A stretch of 64,000 nt of DNA from Oculina patagonica. Lineage: Eukaryota. The notes under the pieces were generated by a model. It saw nothing but the letters and a program-made list of their open reading frames with translations. It made no database searches and was not told the DNA's origin. The position numbers and the translations under genes were made by a program. The stretch covers positions 19,158,001 through 19,222,000 of the forward strand of contig NC_135760.1 in NCBI RefSeq assembly GCF_052425735.1. Direction: 5' to 3'. Positions 59,467 to 64,000 of the stretch are shown piece by piece. Position 1 is the stretch's first letter. Each line of letters starts with the position of its first letter.

Positions 59467-59861
59467 TTGTAAAGTACTAACTATTAATGATATAATTTGC
59501 AAATTGGTGTTAATAAAACTTGCCATTATTAAAAACAATGGCTCAATAATTTTTTTAATAAGCATTTTGTAGCCTCTTTAGTATGATTGCCAGTGACTGA
59601 TTTGGCATGAATCCAATTGGTGATCTAAAAAAAACTATTTGTCATCAAAAAAGACTTTTGCCAATATTTGAAAAGCGGGCATCAAAGATTTTTGATGGGG
59701 CTTGCTCACACCTACACCCTGGGTGCCAGATGGCTCTTATTGGTTTTTGCAGTGGAGGCACTAACTGCAGGCCTTGATAGCAGCTTCACCATAGAAAAGG
59801 AAAAAACTCTGGCCCCGGGGGGGGGGGGGAGGTACTCCCATATGTGGCCTATATAGGTATG

Positions 59862-61112
59862 TACGGCGGCCCAGAAGGGTCACCAGCCGTTTTTGTTTTT
59901 GTTTCCGGCCCAGAAGGGTCACTAACCGTTTTTGTTTTTGTTTCTTTGTTTTTCATTTCTGTTTTAATGTTTTTCCTTTTCATTTTTGTTTTTATATTTT
60001 GTTTCTTTGTTTTTCATTTCTGTTTTAATGTTTTTCCTTTTCACTTTTGTTTTTGTTTTTATATTTTGTTTCTTTGCTTTTCATTTTTGTTTTATTTTTT
60101 TCCTTTTCCTTTTTGTTTTTTCATTTCATTTTTTTACCAGCTATTTTAATTTTTTTATGCAATGATGGCAAGTAAAAGAGACAGGCTAAACACAACTCCC
60201 ATTGGTCAACATTTGTATTGTAGACCTGCAAAGATTTGCTCTAACGAGTATATCCTTTAACGACCTCCCTTTTCTATAAGAAATGATGGGAGGGTCGTCA
60301 GTTAAATATTTCTCTTAGCACTGATTGATTCTCTATTAGGTGCCACTTTTTCATTAAAATATTCTTAAGATTAGGCACTGAGGGGCGAAAGGTACAATTC
60401 TTTTTGCGCGTCTTTTGTTTATTTTGTAGAGCCGACATTCTTTCGCTAAATTTAACTTCTGACAGAATCTTCTCCGAAAGGTTATCTGGATAACCCCTCG
60501 CCCACAGACTTCGTTTAAACTGTGTAGAGCTTTCTTCAAAAGTCTTTTTTGAAGAATTTGTTCTAAGAAGTCTAAGGGTTTCGCCTTTAATGAAACCTTT
60601 TCAGACTCCTGGAGGATGGCAGGAGGAGAATTCTGTGTATTGAAATGACTCTGTCGGTTTGAAATGTGTGCGCACGTCGAGGATATATCTTCTCTTGAAT
60701 CTTTCGCCCTTGTAATGTATCCAGAAAAGTGATCTCTGTGTCTGAAATCTCATGGTCGGATGGTGATTGTTTGCTAGTTCTAGGAACAGATTTATGTCTT
60801 TTTTGTCTATGTTCCATAGGGAAAATATATCATCAATATATTTTTTGCAGACCAGAAGAATATTCTAATGAAAAAAACAGCTGGTAAAAAAATGAAATAA
60901 AAAACAAAACAAAAACAAAAAGGAAAAGGAAAAAAACTAAAACAAAAACAAAAACGGCTGGTCAAACAAAATATAAAAACAAAAACAAAAAGGAAACGGA
61001 AAAACATTAAAACAGAAATGAAAACAAAAAGCAAAAGCAAAAGCATTAAAACAGAAATGCAAAACAAAGAAACGAAAACAAAAACGGTTGGTGACCCTTC
61101 TGGGCTGCCGTA
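59862..61112. mobile_element. Nested TIR element with T-rich/A-rich inverted arms
   Basis: TACGGCGGCCCAGAAGGGTCACCA...TGGTGACCCTTCTGGGCTGCCGTA flanked by AGGTATG. Confidence 0.8.
60354..60755 (-). mobile_element. Penelope-like retroelement RT C-terminal fragment
   Basis: EITFLDT ... ILDVRTHFKPTESFQYTEFSSCHPPGV*KGFIKGETLRLLRTNSS...F...L.ARGYP. Confidence 0.75.
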
Positions 61113-61999
61113 AGGTATGTGCCGCCCGATAGGGTATGGTTTTTGAGGTTCTCGGTCCTTAAATAGGGTATCATTTTTGCTACTTTTGGCAATGTGTTCC
61201 CGCTGTGATCCTTAGATAGGGTACCTAAATTCTATTAGCTAAAATAAACGCCCAGCTAAACGAGAAAAAGATATCTGAAAACTGAATTTTCAGTTCAGGT
61301 ATTAGAAAAGCGATTTTATAAAGATTTGTGTCTTGCCGTGCGCGGTTTGCCGTTATTTGGGTCGTCACGGAACGTTTCTCCTCCCCTTAAATAGGGTGTC
61401 ATTTTTCGGTTTTGGGCCTTAAAAAGGGTATCAATTTTCGCTTTCTTTATCCTTAAATAGGGTCAGGGTTTAAGAACCTTGGCGGCACACCCCTATCCGA
61501 AATTTATGGGAGTACCCCCCCCCCCCCCCCCCGGGACTCTGGCATCCAGGGAAGCAAACAAAAATTTGTCGATTGTAAAACTAAAAAAAAAATAGTTCTC
61601 CAAAAGCCAGCTCACAGTTTACCACTAGACACATCAGATGACTTCCTTTCAGATTAAAAAAAATGTTTATGACCAACAAGTCTCTCTCTTTCATCTTACT
61701 TTTCCTGGAGTCAAATAATTTTCAAAATAAACCTTTTGTCACTTACAAATATTTTTTTGTTCTTTGCTTGCTTGTGATGTTATACTTGGCAGCTGACAGA
61801 TTTCTATGAACAAATAAGAGCTTGTCATAGTATTGACGGGATTATCGACTTTGCCGAGATTTAAACTTCACTTTTCCCAGGGATTTGAATAACACCTGTT
61901 ACCCACCAGAGCTCCAGTGAGTCTTGACTTGAACAGTCAACTGCCAGCCAAAAATATTGCAGCTCCCTATAATAAAGGGGAGATTGCTCCCCAGTTGGG

Positions 62000-62419
62000 C
62001 ACAGGGCACAGAGGAGTCAAGTTTGTCCGCAATTCAAAATCTTTACTGTGCAAAACGACTTTCAATAGCGATCGTGTAAGCCGTACGCCCTACAACGCCG
62101 TCATGCGATACTTAATGTTTACAGATCGTCTGGTCTGATGATATCGTATTCGTACCCTCATGCAACATCCGCAGACAGCAATGTTTGTGGGCGTTCTTCT
62201 CGGCACTTTGCGCCCCTAAAAGCTTTCCGACGATTTTTTCGCCCCAGGCGACCATTGTCAGAATACGATATCACCAGACGATCTGCAAACAAGAATCGCA
62301 TGAGTGGGACGCATGACGGAGCTGTATCACGTACACTTTAATACACGATCGCTTTGAAGGTCGTTTTGCACGGTAGAGATTTTGAATTGCGGACAAACTT
62401 GACTCCTCTGTGCCCTGTG
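62000..62419. mobile_element. MITE with ~78-bp TIRs and 7-bp TSD (possibly P-like)
   Basis: AGTTGGG|CACAGGGCACAGAGGAGTCAAGTTTG...CAAACTTGACTCCTCTGTGCCCTGTG|AGTTGGG. Confidence 0.85.
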
Positions 62420-64000
62420 AGTTGGGTTCTGCAGAAGGGCAACCACCGTCTTCAATAATATACCTTTTTCAAAGGACTAGTTTTACAAGCTTGTCAAGGT
62501 CTGAAGGTTAGTCAAACAATATCCAAACTATATCTAGCCAGGGTGTCAGGCTTTTCCAAGGGGATGGGTAAAAAGAGCAAAGGAGGACAAAGGGGTCTCT
62601 ACTCCTACCTCCCCTTTAGAAAGCCTGATACTCGGGCTAGACGTTTTCTAGAGTCTTTACAAACTCCAGTTCACTAAATTTATTATAAACTATCATCCTT
62701 AACCTTCCATAAGTGGGCACTCCTCCTACTAGGTGGATACTTTTTCTGGTTCAAAAGGTGATTATCGGGAACTTCCACTGAACGAGGTCACCAAGAACTG
62801 ACAAAAATGTTTCACAAGTTTGTATTGAATGTTACCTTACCGGTACTTACAGATGTGCTTTATAAACTGCTTATCTAAATTTTTTCAGAGTTTAGTTTTT
62901 GCATTGTTCATTCTTGAAAAGTTAAAAAAAAACAAAGTTAATCCCTCATATACCTACACCAAAGGGCCATATTACAAGCAAACATGTCCAATGGTAAAAC
63001 ACTTAAAACAGTGTACAATCTCAAAGTGGAAAATACAGTTTTAAACTGGAAAATTATTTTTTGTTTTGGCTGAGAGAACTGTTCTCAGTGATAGCCAATG
63101 AGAGGGCGTAAATTTTTAATTAGTCTCAGACTGGAAACAGTTCTCGGCCTCAACCAATCAGAGGGCGACTATTTTTAATTTAACACGGGACGTCTGTTAA
63201 ATGTCTGTCATACATGGCTGATAATCATCAAAAGTGGAATGCTCACATGCCAAAACCAAACATGAATCATAACCACTCTCTTTTTGCACAATTTTCTTTT
63301 TGCTAGTTACAAGTTATGTGACATCGATGAAAAAGTTTAAAGCCACAATACTATTCATCCAGTCATCGCAAAAGAAAACATTTGCCATGAAAATAAATTA
63401 ATTACTGTGAGTTTTAAAGTGAGCGTGAAATCGAAATTTGCCACGGAGATTGCAGTACATACTTTACTGTGAAATTTCCAAACACATTGGAAGGGAGAGA
63501 AAAAAGACAAAGAATGAAACTTACCGACTTTTCCTTGCCTCATTGTGTTGGCGGTTAACATTTTTACCGCTTAAACCTTGTTGTTGACCTTGTTGTTAGC
63601 CCACGAAGAAGTTCACAGTATCTATTACACATTCTCCCGCCAAAAAACGCACTCATCACGTGTACGGTTTTCCTACGCAGAGCGACTTCATTTCTCGGCG
63701 ATGTTTTCCAGTATGTTGTAAAACTTTGTGTATAGATTTACACAACTGTTGCATCTTAAAGAAATGAGGGATTAATTGTGGCAATCAGGCCAACACTGCA
63801 GTTCCCTGAAAATATCACTGAACCCGCGGTGACCAAGGTCACATCGGCGTTTGTTATATTTGTTTTTCTTGATAAATGGTGTATTTTGTTTCGTGCCGAC
63901 ACAGCAAAGCGGAAAGCGGTCCTCTCTGCGTGTCAGTTGGATAGCACTGGTTCGTCCGAATTTCTCCAATGTTGTTTGTAAAAATTGTGAAATGTACAAC

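Larger units (their letters stand above)
59814..61535. mobile_element. CCCG(G)n-terminus MITE with 8-bp TSD hosting nested elements
   Basis: ACTCTGGC|CCCGGGG..GGTACTCCCATA...TATGGGAGTACCCC..CCGGG|ACTCTGGC. Confidence 0.85.

Noticed and set aside
59844-61067. Phe-rich hydrophobic ORFs
   Set aside because: Translations of the T-rich low-complexity arms of a TIR element

Overview
Eukaryotic genomic DNA, most likely from an anthozoan cnidarian such as a stony coral. This is inferred from the minicollagen-type Cys-rich domains, spliceosomal introns and dense MITE content. Three layers are interleaved. (1) I reconstructed by hand a 9-coding-exon, + strand gene (8187-42319, about 917 aa) with signal peptide, CAP/SCP domain, C-type lectin domain, SEA-like domain, CRD, Pro/Gln/Tyr-rich region and a second CRD. 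This resembles the nematocyst wall protein NOWA, and all eight GT-AG junctions are phase-compatible. (2) A tandem array of 13 intronless, C-terminally membrane-anchored Sulfotransfer_4-like (P-loop) gene copies: 9 intact, 3 disrupted and 1 short remnant. Nine of these lie inside the ~26.9 kb second intron of the NOWA-like gene, on both strands. The copies are hypervariable at a few positions and mosaic. (3) Many mobile elements. These include a very young pol-less LTR retroelement whose gag ends in a TTTAAAC slippery site plus hairpin leading into a -1-frame non-pol ORF, an Academ-like foldback element, a tRNA-derived SINE, Crypton/Penelope/LINE fragments and many MITEs with TSDs. A pseudogenised copy of NOWA-like exons 3-5 (51298-53673) and an intronless AEN/ISG20L2-like DEDDh exonuclease (58657-59466) lie toward the right end. 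All family names come from motif recognition; no database search was run.
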